A stretch of 64,000 nt of DNA from a virus. Shown here piece by piece: positions 47,800 to 58,000 of the stretch. Under the pieces are notes generated by a model that saw only the letters and a program-made list of their open reading frames with translations, was not told where the DNA came from and made no database searches. How positions within the stretch are numbered: the first letter of the stretch is position 1; each line of letters starts with the position of its first letter. A program made the position numbers and the translations under genes. Location of the stretch: positions 1-64,000 of IMG/VR virus record IMGVR_UViG_3300005471_000012; one strand, written 5' to 3'.

Positions 47800-48050
47800 G
47801 TTGTTAGGCGTGGTGACCAGCCATCGCGCGGCATCGTCGCGCGTGACCTCATGTAGCCGGCTGTTGCCGTCCGTCACTGTGAGGCGCCGGCCGTGCGCAT
47901 GCACCGCGGCAACAGTGACAGGCCCGTGAGCTGCCGTCTCGACAGTCGCGCCTATCGCCGGCTGCCGGACGCGGCGGGTACGTGCTGCCATGCTGATCAC
48001 TCCGTTTCGCTGGTCTCGAACGGGCCGGACTGTCCGGCCGGCCCGGTAGC

Positions 48051-48356
48051 TCAGCCGCGCGGCTGGATCGCGGCGTGATTCTTCCGGTAGGTGAACGCGC
48101 GGAAACGCACGATCGGCGGATCATCATCTGTCGCGACAGATGAGCCGGACACGGTCTCAACTGACACGTACCCGGTAACAGTCTTGCCGTGCACCTCCAC
48201 TGCGGCGGGAACACTAAAATACGTGTCCGCCGTTGCCGCTATGCGCTTGAGCGCGCGAACCTTACCGTCAGCGCATTCCGCCCGCCCGCCCGTGAAAACA
48301 TCCCACATGCCGCCGGTAGTGAGACTTGTACCGTTCGCATACTGCCTGATTCCCAT
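48051..48356 (-). CDS. conserved phage hypothetical protein
   Basis: C.DG..R...ADTYFSVPA.V...GK.V.GYV motif. Confidence 0.7.
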   Translation of the reverse strand: MGIRQYANGTSLTTGGMWDVFTGGRAECADGKVRALKRIAATADTYFSVPAAVEVHGKTVTGYVSVETVSGSSVATDDDPPIVRFRAFTYRKNHAAIQPRG

Positions 48357-48705
48357 TGCCCTAACCTCCGGTTGCGTTGCCCGTAATGATCAGTCCGGCC
48401 ACGTGCCAGCGTTCAGAACGCGGCCGGGAGCTCACGGCGAGACGGATGCGCTATCCGGCAGGTACTGACGTACGCGATTGATGAAAACGCGGTGCGCTTC
48501 GGCCTGGTCGGCGAAGATCTTTGCCGGCCACCTCGGGTCGGTTTCGTCGCCGTGTGCCGTGACGTTGCGAGAGCTGATCTGCACTAGCGCGCGGCCATCG
48601 GGATGCACCGCGTAAAAGATCCGCGCGGAACCTCCGCCAGTGTGATCCTCGAACACGCCAAGGATCTTGAATCCTTGTATCCGCTGGTATTGCTCCACTG
48701 CTCTG

Positions 48706-49178
48706 ACCTCCGTTGCCCTGTACCTCGCACCGTACGGTCGGACGGTGCGCCATGGCCGGCGCCAGACTGGGGAGGCTGGCGCCCGCCATGATCAGCTTGT
48801 GATTTTCCAGAACGATACGGCGTGACGTTCGCCGCCGAGATTGCTGCCGCACACATCGCAGGCGGACCAGCTGAACGACTCTGTCTCGCAGTCGCACTCG
48901 CTGCCAGCCTCGCCGGCCGTCTGGCCGTCAAAGTCGTCCGTGCATGAGTGCTCGCTGCGGAGTAGCCCTAGCGTGATCCTGTAGCCGGCGTTGCGCGTGT
49001 CAATCTCTGCCTGCCAGGCGGTAACGTGCGCCGCGCTCCAATCGGCCGGCGTCTCGCCGTTTGCCAGCAAAAACAGGCAGTCCGTGCACGCCCAACCGCT
49101 GCACGTGTACTCATCTGTTGCCATTGCCTTACCTCCGTTGCCCTGCACTCGCACCGTACGGTCGCACGGTGCGCCATG
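48706..49178 (-). repeat. ~48-bp intergenic direct repeat, hairpin plus RBS (48706-48754 and 49131-49178)
   Basis: acctccgttgccctg(tac/ca)ctcgcaccgtacggtcg(g/c)acggtgcgccatg. Confidence 0.9.
48792..49124 (-). CDS. small Zn-binding protein
   Basis: CTDC...ANG...FSWSACDVCGS.LGGERH. Confidence 0.7.
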   Translation of the reverse strand: MATDEYTCSGWACTDCLFLLANGETPADWSAAHVTAWQAEIDTRNAGYRITLGLLRSEHSCTDDFDGQTAGEAGSECDCETESFSWSACDVCGSNLGGERHAVSFWKITS

Positions 49179-49221
49179 AAGCGCGGCAGGCCTGCCGGAC
49201 TGTCACGCAACATGATCAGCG

Positions 49222-49506
49222 TTAGGCGTTCGGGTTGGGGCCCGTCCGCCATGCGTAGGCCGGCGAGATACGGCCAATGCCGGCCCGGTAGTGATGCTTG
49301 GAACGCGGCACGATGCGAGCGGCATAGTTGCCGGCGATGACCTCGCCGCGCCGGTAGGCACCGCGCGTTGCCGTGACCTTAACGGTGATACTGCCGGACA
49401 GTTCGTGTCCGGCAGCTCCGGCAACTACCTCGGTAACCTTTACCGGCACCATGCCGTTACGCATCGTGTCGATATACGCCAACTCGCCTGCATAGTGGTC
49501 AGTCAT
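49222..49506 (-). CDS. hypothetical protein
   Basis: Shared RBS GCAACGGAGGTAGGGCAATG. Confidence 0.7.
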   Translation of the reverse strand: MTDHYAGELAYIDTMRNGMVPVKVTEVVAGAAGHELSGSITVKVTATRGAYRRGEVIAGNYAARIVPRSKHHYRAGIGRISPAYAWRTGPNPNA

Positions 49507-49573
49507 TGCCCTACCTCCGTTGCGTTGCCGTATCGATCACGGCCGGCACGTGCGAGACGTGCCGGCGAGTCCG

Positions 49574-49873
49574 CTACGCCGACTCTGAGCAGTCATCCTC
49601 AGCGCACGACGTAACCCACCAGGCGGTAGGTATGTCATGCGCCGAGTCGGGGTTCGTCGCCGTGTAGACCAGGAAGTCCTGACCTGCCGTTGCGCCGTGA
49701 ATCGCAGTGTGCGCTTCGAGGTACTGTTCGTCCGTGCCGTCATCCCATGCGCGCTCAAGATCCTCACGCAGAGCTGACAGCGCATCGGACCAATCCGCGT
49801 ACGGGTAGCCCGCATCATCCGACTCGGGCAGGTAGCCTGCCACGTTGTGGCCAGCGTGCCAGTGCATCGCCAT
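49574..49873 (-). CDS. acidic hypothetical protein, first gene of the array
   Basis: GHNVAGYLPESD motif; shared RBS; directly after a promoter. Confidence 0.7.
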   Translation of the reverse strand: MAMHWHAGHNVAGYLPESDDAGYPYADWSDALSALREDLERAWDDGTDEQYLEAHTAIHGATAGQDFLVYTATNPDSAHDIPTAWWVTSCAEDDCSESA

Positions 49874-49905
49874 TGCCTTACCTCCGTTGCTTGCCGATAC
49901 TCGGC

Positions 49906-49934
49906 ACGATACAGCATCATGCGAACGCTGTCTA
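49906..49934 (-). promoter_or_regulatory. sigma70-type promoter (repeated family)
   Basis: TAGACA-gcgttcgcatgatgctg-TATCGT. Confidence 0.8.
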
Positions 49935-50216
49935 GCTATCTGGCGAGGCAACGTGCGGACGCTGCCGGCCTGGCAGGCAGGTACGGATGCGCAGGGCACA
50001 AGGCTTGACCCCCCCCTCGGGGGGTCCCCAATCGCCCGAAGTCGCATAGGCGAATGCAGAAACCCCGGCTAGCCCGGTCCCTGACGAGCCTCGCGCGCGC
50101 GTGCGAGTGGCATTTCGTCCCGGTTTGATTCCCCCTGATTTTTTTGGTGGCAGTCAGCTGCCGCGCGAGTGGCGGCTGACTGCCGCTGAACGCCGACCTA
50201 CCGGGGCGGGGGTTGC

Positions 50217-53200
50217 ATGCCGGCCGCCGAGATGACCGCCCGTACCCGCGAGATCATGCGCGCGCTGAAGTCAACGGCGCAGCCGGGCTCGCAGAGCGGC
50301 GGGTTCGGCGCCGTGACGGGCCCGTCTATCTCGCCCGGGCCGAGCCCGCTGGTCATGTCGTACGGCGAATGGACGTCCGGGCGGGCATCAGGCACCAGGT
50401 ATTCCCTGCCCCGTGACCCTGAGACGTTCCTGTCGGGCATGTTCGGGCCGCTCGCGCCTATTCAGACCATCCCGATCGACGTGCCCCGCGAGGGCGAGGA
50501 ACGGCCCGAGCCGCGGCGGTGGCAGTACCCGGTCGGCTGGAACATGCCGATGGGCATGCCCGGCACCGAGGGGATCGGGAAACTCGCCGATTTCCAGACG
50601 CTGCGCACGATCGCCGACCTCTACTCGGTGGCCAGGGCCTGCATCGAACTGCGGAAAGCCGAGCTACGGGGGGTCGGCTGGGACATCGTGCTGACGAAGC
50701 AGGCGGCTAAGGCGCTGCGCGGCGACCACAAGGGGATGGCCGACTTCGCGAAGAGGCGCGCCGAGGCGGTGCGGTGGTGGCGGCGTCCCGACCACGATTA
50801 CGCCGATTTCAGCACTTGGTTCGATGCGCTGCTGGAAGAGGTGTTCGTCACCGACGCGCTGGCGCTGTACGCGCAGCCGTCGCTCGGCACCCGCAAGGGA
50901 CTGCTGGGCAGCAGCCTGGCCGCCCTCGACCTCATCGACGGGACGCTGATCAAGCCGCTCGTTGACATCCGGGGCAGCAGGCCGCAGCCGCCGAATCCTA
51001 GCTACCAGCAGTTCTCCTACGGGGTTCCGCGCGTCGACCTGATGACGCTGCTCACCCACCATGAGACCCCCGATGAGCGGGAACTGGTCGCCGAGTACCG
51101 CGGCGACCAGCTGTTCTACCTGCCCTACAGCCAGCGGACGTGGACGCCGTACGGGATGGCGCCGATCGAGCGGGCGATCATCCCGATCATGGCGGGGCTG
51201 AACAAGCAGGCCTACCAGCTGAATTTCTTCCAGGAAGGCAGCATTCCGGGCCTGTTCGTGTCACCGGGCGACATGAACATGACCCCCAGCCAGATCCGCG
51301 AGCTGCAGGACGCCCTGAACGCGCTGGCGGGGGACCAGTCGTGGAAACACAAGATCATCGTGCTGCCGGGCGGCAGCAAGGTTGACCCGCAGAAGCCCGC
51401 GGCGCTCGCCGACCAGTTCGACGACGTGATCATGGCGCAGACCTGCATGGCCTTCGGGGTCATGCCGATGGAGCTGGGCATTTCGCCGCAGGTCAGTTCA
51501 AGTCAGTCATCTGCGGCAGCTAACCAGATGGCCAAAGCCAGCCAGGACATCCAGGAACGCAAGTCAACCGTCCCGCTGCTGCTGTGGCTCAAGACCGCGA
51601 TCTTCGACCGGATCCTGCAGGGCGTCTGCGGCCAGGCAGACATGGAATGGCAGTTCGAGGGCCTCGAAGAGGACGAGGACGCCGAGACGGTCACCAGCCT
51701 GCTGGTGCAGCAGGTCGGCACCGGCATGCGGTCGATCGACGAGGCCCGGCAGGAACTTGGCCTGGACCCGTGGAACCTGCCGGTCACCTCCGATCCGGGC
51801 TGGTCGACCGAGCGGACCGGGTTCGTGTCTTTCACGGCGACCGGGGCGTTCCCGACCGCGGGCGGCGCTTCGCAGGGCGACACGCAAACCGACAGCCAGT
51901 CTGGCTCGGTGGCGCTGCCTGCCGCCGATCCGCGGCAGGCGATCACCGCGCCGAAACCACCCGATGACGGCAAGCCGTCCACGCCGGCGCATTCCGCGGC
52001 GCATGCCACCCCCGACGCGACCCGGAGCAAGCCGGCATCCGGCAACGGCCGCGCCGGGAAAGCCGCGAGCCTCGGCCAGTGGCGAGCCCGCGACATCCCC
52101 GCGCATGTCATGGCGATCATGGCCGAGGACCTGGGCAAGGGGCTGACCGCCGATGAGGTGTGCGCCAGCGTCCGGCCGCTGCTCGCCGGCAGCAAGCCGG
52201 CGCTCCGCGAACTGGGCCTGATCCGCTCATGGCTGCGCAAGTCGCACACGAATGTGACAACCCGGCACGGGCACGGCGACCAGACCCACGAGGTGTACGC
52301 CTACCTCGGGCGGCACTACCCGGCGTCGGTACTCGAATGGGTCAAGGAAGCCCGCTGGGACGAGCCGAGAAAAGTGGCACTGTCGAAAATCGACATGGCA
52401 CGCCGTCCGGGTGGCGCCCGCGACGAGCAGAAAGTTGCCCTGATCGCCGCCGCGATCAGGGCAGGCGTGCACCTGCCCCCGGTCGTCCTGGTGAACGTGC
52501 CCGGCAAGAACCTGTACGAGATCGCCGACGGATGGCATCGCACCCTGGCCATCAAGCACGCAGGCGGCAAGACGGCACTGGCATGGGTCGGCAAAGCCGG
52601 CGCGAAAACCGGGCCCTGGGACGGCGAGATGAACCGGGCCAAGCTGAACAAGGCCGCCGGGGGTGGTGCCGGCCCAAAAGCGGGTAACCCGGCCTGGGAC
52701 CACGACCAGGTCCTGGCCGCCGAGTTCGCCCGTCAGCTGGCGCGTGGCCTGCAAGCCTCGGTGCACGCCGGGCCGTTCGCGCACGCGTGGCTGCAAGCCC
52801 GCCGGCAAGGCGCAAGCGCGCCGCAGGCCAGCCCAGCGGTCCGGGCGGCCGTCAGGCACGCTCTGGCGAGCGTGCTGTACGCCCTGTGGGCACGGGCCTG
52901 GGGCCTGGGCTGGCGGGCCGCGCTGACCCTGCTTGCCGCGCAGCTGCGTCGTTTGCTGACCGGTGACCCCGGCGTATCTGCCCGGGGGCTGCGGCAGTTG
53001 CTCTTGCAAGCCGAACAGCGCATCGGCGCGATGACGCAAACCCGCATCGGCCGCCTGGAAAGGCTGCTCGGCGAAACCCCGGAAAACATCAGCGCCGCTG
53101 AGCTGGCCTCGCTGATCGACGCCGAGCTCGGCTCGTTTGACGCGGCGCTGCTGGTTACCCAGACCGAGACGACATGGGCGGTCAGCGAAGCGATGGTCAC

Positions 53201-53387
53201 CGCCTACCTTGACGCCGGGATCACGGAAGCGCGGTGGCAGACAGCCGACGACGACGTCACCTGCCTCAGGTGCCTGGCCAACGAAGCGCAGGGCGCTCTG
53301 CCCGTCGGCGATCAGTACGCCAGCGGCGACACCAGCCCGCCGGCGCACCCGAGGTGCAGGTGCGGACTACTGCCCGCTGGCAACTGA
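50217..53387 (+). CDS. portal protein fused to a ParB/Srx-like domain and a MuF (gpF-like) domain
   Basis: Portal: PYGMAPIE, F..G.IP, AFGV.P.ELG, SIDEARQELGLDP. ParB-like: LPPVVLV...YEIADGWHR..A. MuF: W.T..D...C..C...PPAHPRCRC. Confidence 0.88.
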   Translation: MPAAEMTARTREIMRALKSTAQPGSQSGGFGAVTGPSISPGPSPLVMSYGEWTSGRASGTRYSLPRDPETFLSGMFGPLAPIQTIPIDVPREGEERPEPRRWQYPVGWNMPMGMPGTEGIGKLADFQTLRTIADLYSVARACIELRKAELRGVGWDIVLTKQAAKALRGDHKGMADFAKRRAEAVRWWRRPDHDYADFSTWFDALLEEVFVTDALALYAQPSLGTRKGLLGSSLAALDLIDGTLIKPLVDIRGSRPQPPNPSYQQFSYGVPRVDLMTLLTHHETPDERELVAEYRGDQLFYLPYSQRTWTPYGMAPIERAIIPIMAGLNKQAYQLNFFQEGSIPGLFVSPGDMNMTPSQIRELQDALNALAGDQSWKHKIIVLPGGSKVDPQKPAALADQFDDVIMAQTCMAFGVMPMELGISPQVSSSQSSAAANQMAKASQDIQERKSTVPLLLWLKTAIFDRILQGVCGQADMEWQFEGLEEDEDAETVTSLLVQQVGTGMRSIDEARQELGLDPWNLPVTSDPGWSTERTGFVSFTATGAFPTAGGASQGDTQTDSQSGSVALPAADPRQAITAPKPPDDGKPSTPAHSAAHATPDATRSKPASGNGRAGKAASLGQWRARDIPAHVMAIMAEDLGKGLTADEVCASVRPLLAGSKPALRELGLIRSWLRKSHTNVTTRHGHGDQTHEVYAYLGRHYPASVLEWVKEARWDEPRKVALSKIDMARRPGGARDEQKVALIAAAIRAGVHLPPVVLVNVPGKNLYEIADGWHRTLAIKHAGGKTALAWVGKAGAKTGPWDGEMNRAKLNKAAGGGAGPKAGNPAWDHDQVLAAEFARQLARGLQASVHAGPFAHAWLQARRQGASAPQASPAVRAAVRHALASVLYALWARAWGLGWRAALTLLAAQLRRLLTGDPGVSARGLRQLLLQAEQRIGAMTQTRIGRLERLLGETPENISAAELASLIDAELGSFDAALLVTQTETTWAVSEAMVTAYLDAGITEARWQTADDDVTCLRCLANEAQGALPVGDQYASGDTSPPAHPRCRCGLLPAGN

Positions 53388-53602
53388 CACGTCATACGCC
53401 GTAATACAGCAATGGGGGTCCGGGTGGACGCATCACAGGAATACGGCCTGGTTAACACGGCGTGCATAGCGCAGCACGAATGGTACGCGGCGCTCCGCTC
53501 AGCCGGGTTCACCCGCTCGGAAGGCCTGTACATCATCACCCGGCCGTCCGTGGAGTCGTCGCGGCTGGAATGGCTGGCCATGCACCCTGACAGCCAGGCC
53601 AC

Positions 53603-53860
53603 ATGAAACGGGTCGTCGGCTTCGCGTACTGGCTGACCCGTGACAGCCGCAAAGTGTCCCCGCTGGACGAATACCTGTGGATGTTCCTGATCTGGTGGCT
53701 GGCCACCGCGCATTACGGCTTCGTGGTCAAGATTCAGGTAGCCGTGCTGGGTTCCGTGGCCGCCGTATTCGGCTCAGAGTTCGCCGCCAGTTTCGTCGCC
53801 GAGGCCAGGAAGGACCTGGCTGGCCGGGACCGGAACGGTCGCGGCGTTGAGGACCTGTGA
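53603..53860 (+). CDS. small membrane protein
   Basis: Two hydrophobic segments; ATGA overlap. Confidence 0.45.
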   Translation: MKRVVGFAYWLTRDSRKVSPLDEYLWMFLIWWLATAHYGFVVKIQVAVLGSVAAVFGSEFAASFVAEARKDLAGRDRNGRGVEDL

Positions 53861-53866
53861 CGACCT

Positions 53867-54652
53867 GTGTGCCTGAACTGCGGCTGCCTCATGCCCAATG
53901 CGGACCACGGTCATCCCGGCAATTTCCTGCTGGCCGAACTGGAGAAGGCCGCCGCGGCAGGCGGCACCAGCGCCGCTGAGGCAGCCTGGAACATTCCCCG
54001 CACCCTCACGGTGGCCACGTCGCCCGCGTGGCCACCTGAGCCGTATCACGCGGCCTCGCGGCCCACCCTGGCATGGGACGTGGACGGCATCCTCGCGTTC
54101 ACCGCCGAAGCGATCGTCGCCGCGCTGAACGCCCGGTTCGACACCGGCTACGACGCCATGTCGCAAGGATTCTTCCCCGGCACGTTCGTCTCCTCGGCGC
54201 TCCCGGCCGAGGAGGCCGCCTGGCTCGGCCAGCAACTCAGCTCAGGCGAGTTCGGCATCTACGGGGCGTGCGCACCAGACTGGCACGCGATCGACACGAT
54301 GCTTGACGCGTCTGCGGCGGGCTACCCGACGGTGATCATCACAGAACGGCCCGCCGTGGTGGCCGACCAGACACGTTCGTGGCTGCGGTCGTGGACCGGG
54401 CAGCAACCGCCGCAAGTCGTAGCCGTCGGCCGCGGCAACAAGCCCGCCTACATGGGAGCCCGGTTCGGGCCCGGCAACCCCGCCATCCTGGTCGACGACA
54501 ACCCGGCCGTCAGGATGACCATCGCCCGTGAGGGCATCGAGGTGTGGACCCCGCAGCGGCCGTACACGCCGGCGCCCGGCCGGCCGCATGCGCGGACATT
54601 CGGCAACTGGCCGGCAGCACGGTACTGGCTCGGGATCAGCCCCGCCAGCTAA
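53867..54652 (+). CDS. HAD-superfamily phosphatase (5'-nucleotidase-like) with N-terminal Cys/His motif
   Basis: WDVDGIL (DxD), IITER, K, LVDDNP; N-terminal MCLNCGC....DHG. Confidence 0.75.
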   Translation: MCLNCGCLMPNADHGHPGNFLLAELEKAAAAGGTSAAEAAWNIPRTLTVATSPAWPPEPYHAASRPTLAWDVDGILAFTAEAIVAALNARFDTGYDAMSQGFFPGTFVSSALPAEEAAWLGQQLSSGEFGIYGACAPDWHAIDTMLDASAAGYPTVIITERPAVVADQTRSWLRSWTGQQPPQVVAVGRGNKPAYMGARFGPGNPAILVDDNPAVRMTIAREGIEVWTPQRPYTPAPGRPHARTFGNWPAARYWLGISPAS

Positions 54653-54975
54653 CGCGTCCGGTTCCGCCTGTTTCTCGCCGTGGCGGCTACCGTTTCCGCC
54701 CAGACCGGCCGGTTCGGAGAGATCACCATGACGCCCCGCCGGCGGTCTACCGGCCGGCCGCCGCACCTGGGACACGGCCTGGTGGCCCACGGGATGAACG
54801 GGTGCCTTACTTCGCCGGAACCATGACACCGGCGGCAGCCGGGAGAGTGCGGGTGCGTCCGCAGTGACAGCAGGTAGACCACCAGGGCGGCGAGCGCCAA
54901 GACGACCGTGGCGCCGGCCAGCCCGACCTGGCCGCCCAGCCAGCCATATCCGAGCAAGACCAGCAGCCACCGCAT
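54649..54975 (-). CDS. membrane protein with DnaJ-type CxxCxGxG finger
   Basis: TM helices; CRRCHGSG...CPRCGG. Confidence 0.65.
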   Translation of the reverse strand: MRWLLVLLGYGWLGGQVGLAGATVVLALAALVVYLLSLRTHPHSPGCRRCHGSGEVRHPFIPWATRPCPRCGGRPVDRRRGVMVISPNRPVWAETVAATARNRRNRTR

Positions 54976-55069
54976 GCCACCGATGATGACATTTCGTGGC
55001 CGTCGCGGCTAGTCCCGCAGGAAAAGGTTCCTGACCACCGCTTTACCCCCAACCGCCTACTGGAGGCAT

Positions 55070-58000
55070 GTGGCGACAGCCATTGATGAGCTGACCTACG
55101 TCAGTTTCCCCATCGTCAAGTTCGAGAAGACGGACGACGGCGACCTGATCGTGGTCGGCAAGGCCACCGATGGCTCCGTCGACTCAGATGAGCAGATCGT
55201 AGACCCGACCTGGTCGGCGAAAGCGCTGGGCGACTGGCTGGACACGGGCGGCAACGTCCGGGTGCAGCACCAGGCGATGCGCGACCCGGCCGGCAAGGGC
55301 CTCCAGGTCGAGATCGACAAGGACGGCGACGGGGGGCACTGGGTCCGTTCGCTCGTCGTCGAGCCCGTCGCCAAGCGGCTCGTGGAAAAGGGCGTCCTCA
55401 CCGCCTACAGCGTGGGGATCGCACGGCCCGTGATCACCCGTGACCCGACCGGGAAGGCACGCGGCGGGATCGTCACCGGCGGCCACCTGGCGGAACTCTC
55501 CCTCGTCGACCGGCCGGCGAACAAGAACTGCGGCCTGATGATCGCCAAGGCCGAGAACGGCGCGAAGGGCGGCATGGAACTGGTGGGCGAAGTGTTCGGC
55601 GACCCCGAGTTCCTGGCCAAGGCCGCCGAGGATGACCTGCTGGCCAAGGCCGACAGCAACGACGACACCGTGTCCGGCAACGACGGTGACGCAGACGATG
55701 TCCCGGAAAGCGAGGAGCAGGCTGGCGGCGACGACGTCAACCCGACCGGCACCGACGAGAAGGCGGAGAAGGCCAGCGAGACGATCGCCCAGTCGGTGGA
55801 CGCCGAAACCGCGGCACTGTACAAGTCGCAGCGCGCCATGTGGCTGGCCGCAGAGCCGTCGGTGAAGGGCATCGCCGGAGGCACTGAGTACCTGGCCAGG
55901 CGCGCCGACTGGATGCGGTGGCATTCCGAGGGCGAAGCCGCGGGCCTCGACGGTACCAAGGACGGCGCCGAGCGGTGGCTGGCCAAGCGTGACTTCAGCG
56001 CCTCCGAGCGCCGGTCTGCGGCCAGCAGCGGCGCGGCTATGTCCGACGGGTCTTTCCCGATCAAGAACGGATCGGACCTGGCCAACGCGATCCACCTGGC
56101 GGGCCACGCCAAGGACCCGGCGAAGGCACGCGCGCACATCAAGCGCCGCGCCGCCGCGCTCGGCCTGTCCGACAAGATTCCCGACAGCTGGAAGGCGGTC
56201 AGTACCGAAGAACTGGCCAAGATGATCGCTGACGGCGTGATGGCGGTCCAGGCCGCACAGGCCATGCTCGGCCCGGCCTGGCCTGGCCTGGACCTGGCCA
56301 AGGCCGGCTCCGACGGCGACGGCGGTAAGGACTGCCCGACGTGCAAGGGCACCGGGAAGATCAAGGGCGGCAACGTTAAGTGCCCGGCGTGCGGCGGCAG
56401 CGGCAAAATGTCGTCCAAGGCCGATAGCGACGGGGACGGCGACAGCGCGGCGGTGGAAGACGCCGACGTTGAGAAGACGGCTGCCCGGACCTGCGGCGGC
56501 TGCGGCAAGGGCTTCGGCGAGGAGTCGCTGGCCAAGTTCTGCGACGGCTGCGGAACCAAACTGGCCTCGGCGGACGATACGGCAAGGAAAGCCGCCGCCG
56601 AGGCCGTGGCCCTGCTCGCCGAGACGGTCAGCAAGTCCGTCGGCGCCGGCCTGATCTCCCAGGAGGCAGCCGACGCGATCATCGCGCGGGCCGCGCTCGC
56701 TGCGGCCAAGGCCAACGACCCGCCGCCCCCGGACACTAAGCCAGTTGGCGCGCACCGGGAACCAGACGGCAGCTTCGTTGAGGCATTCGAGCAGGACGCC
56801 GGGCTGCCCTCCGACGGTGACGGGACCTCGGACAAGATCCCCGAATCCACGGTGGTCAGCGACATGGGCGGCAAGACGGGCAAGCCGGGCAAGACGGGCA
56901 AGCCGACGCCGTACGCGGTCGGCCGGCTGCACGACGTCACTTGCGCCGCATACGACCCCGCCGCCGCCCTGGCCCTGTACCCGACGCTGAAGTCGGCGGC
57001 CGACGCCGTGGACGAGGACTGGTTCGCTGCCCGCGCCGCCAAGGCGGTCGCCGCCGGGAAAACCAAGAAGGCCGCCAGGCTGACCAGGCTGGTCGAAGCC
57101 GCGCAGGCGGTCAAGGCAGCCGACCCGGCCGCCGTCGCCGACGGCCAGGCGCAACTGCGCAAGGCCTTCACCGACCTGTACCCCAACTTGCGCATCTCCC
57201 CGTCGGACCCGCCGAAGCCAGGCAGCTACCAGCGGCCGTACCTGACCGCCGGCCACGCCGCCGAGAACGCCTCAGTGAACGGCGGATCCAACATCCCGCG
57301 GTCCAGCCACACCCCAGACGCGGAAGATTTCCGCCGGCCGCTGATCACCGCCGGGCACCAGTCCGACTCCCCGGCCAACAAGAACGACATCCGCGGCGGC
57401 GCGCCAACCGCAACCGGCGCGGCCCGCACCTACTACAGCAACGCGCAGCGTGAAGCGGCCAGGGTCGCGCTCGCCTCAATGCACGACCACATCGCGGCCG
57501 TCTACCCGCACCTGTGCCCGATGGCCGCCTCGAAGTCAGTGCTGCCACCCGACATGGGCACCACGAATGTCCCTGCCGCCGTGCGGCCAGCGGACACCGG
57601 CGGCGTCCCCGGCGTTGGCAAGACCACCGTGGCCCCCGCGGTCACCGGCGGCCAGGACCTGCAGGCCCTCATCGCCGGCGCGGTGGAGCGGTACACCGCC
57701 CGCAGCGCCCCGCAGATGACCGCCGAGCAGCTGCAGAAGGCCGCCGCAGGGCTCGGACTGGCGGTCACGCCGGCGCCCGTCCCGCAGCCAGCCCAGATCG
57801 GGCTGTCCCCGGCCGAGATGAAGGCCCTGCTCGCCGAGCAGATCACCCCGCTCGCAGAGCGGTACGAAACCCAGTTCACAGACCTGCGTAAGCAGATTGA
57901 CGACATCGGCTCACAGCCCGACCCTGCGATGGCCCCCGTCCGGGGCGCGCTGGCCCGGGCACCGCTGACAGACACCGTTCCCGTGGAACGCCGGTCACTG

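Larger units (their letters stand above)
32245..49873 (-). other. ~18-kb array of about 40 short co-oriented accessory/early genes
   Basis: Tightly packed minus-strand ORFs with RBSs and overlapping stop/start codons; five copies of the same promoter. Confidence 0.85.

Noticed and set aside
47730-49900. CRISPR array or integron attC array
   Set aside because: The repeats are RBS-containing leaders separated by 270-420-bp genes. No cas or integron integrase gene and no attC R/L boxes are visible.
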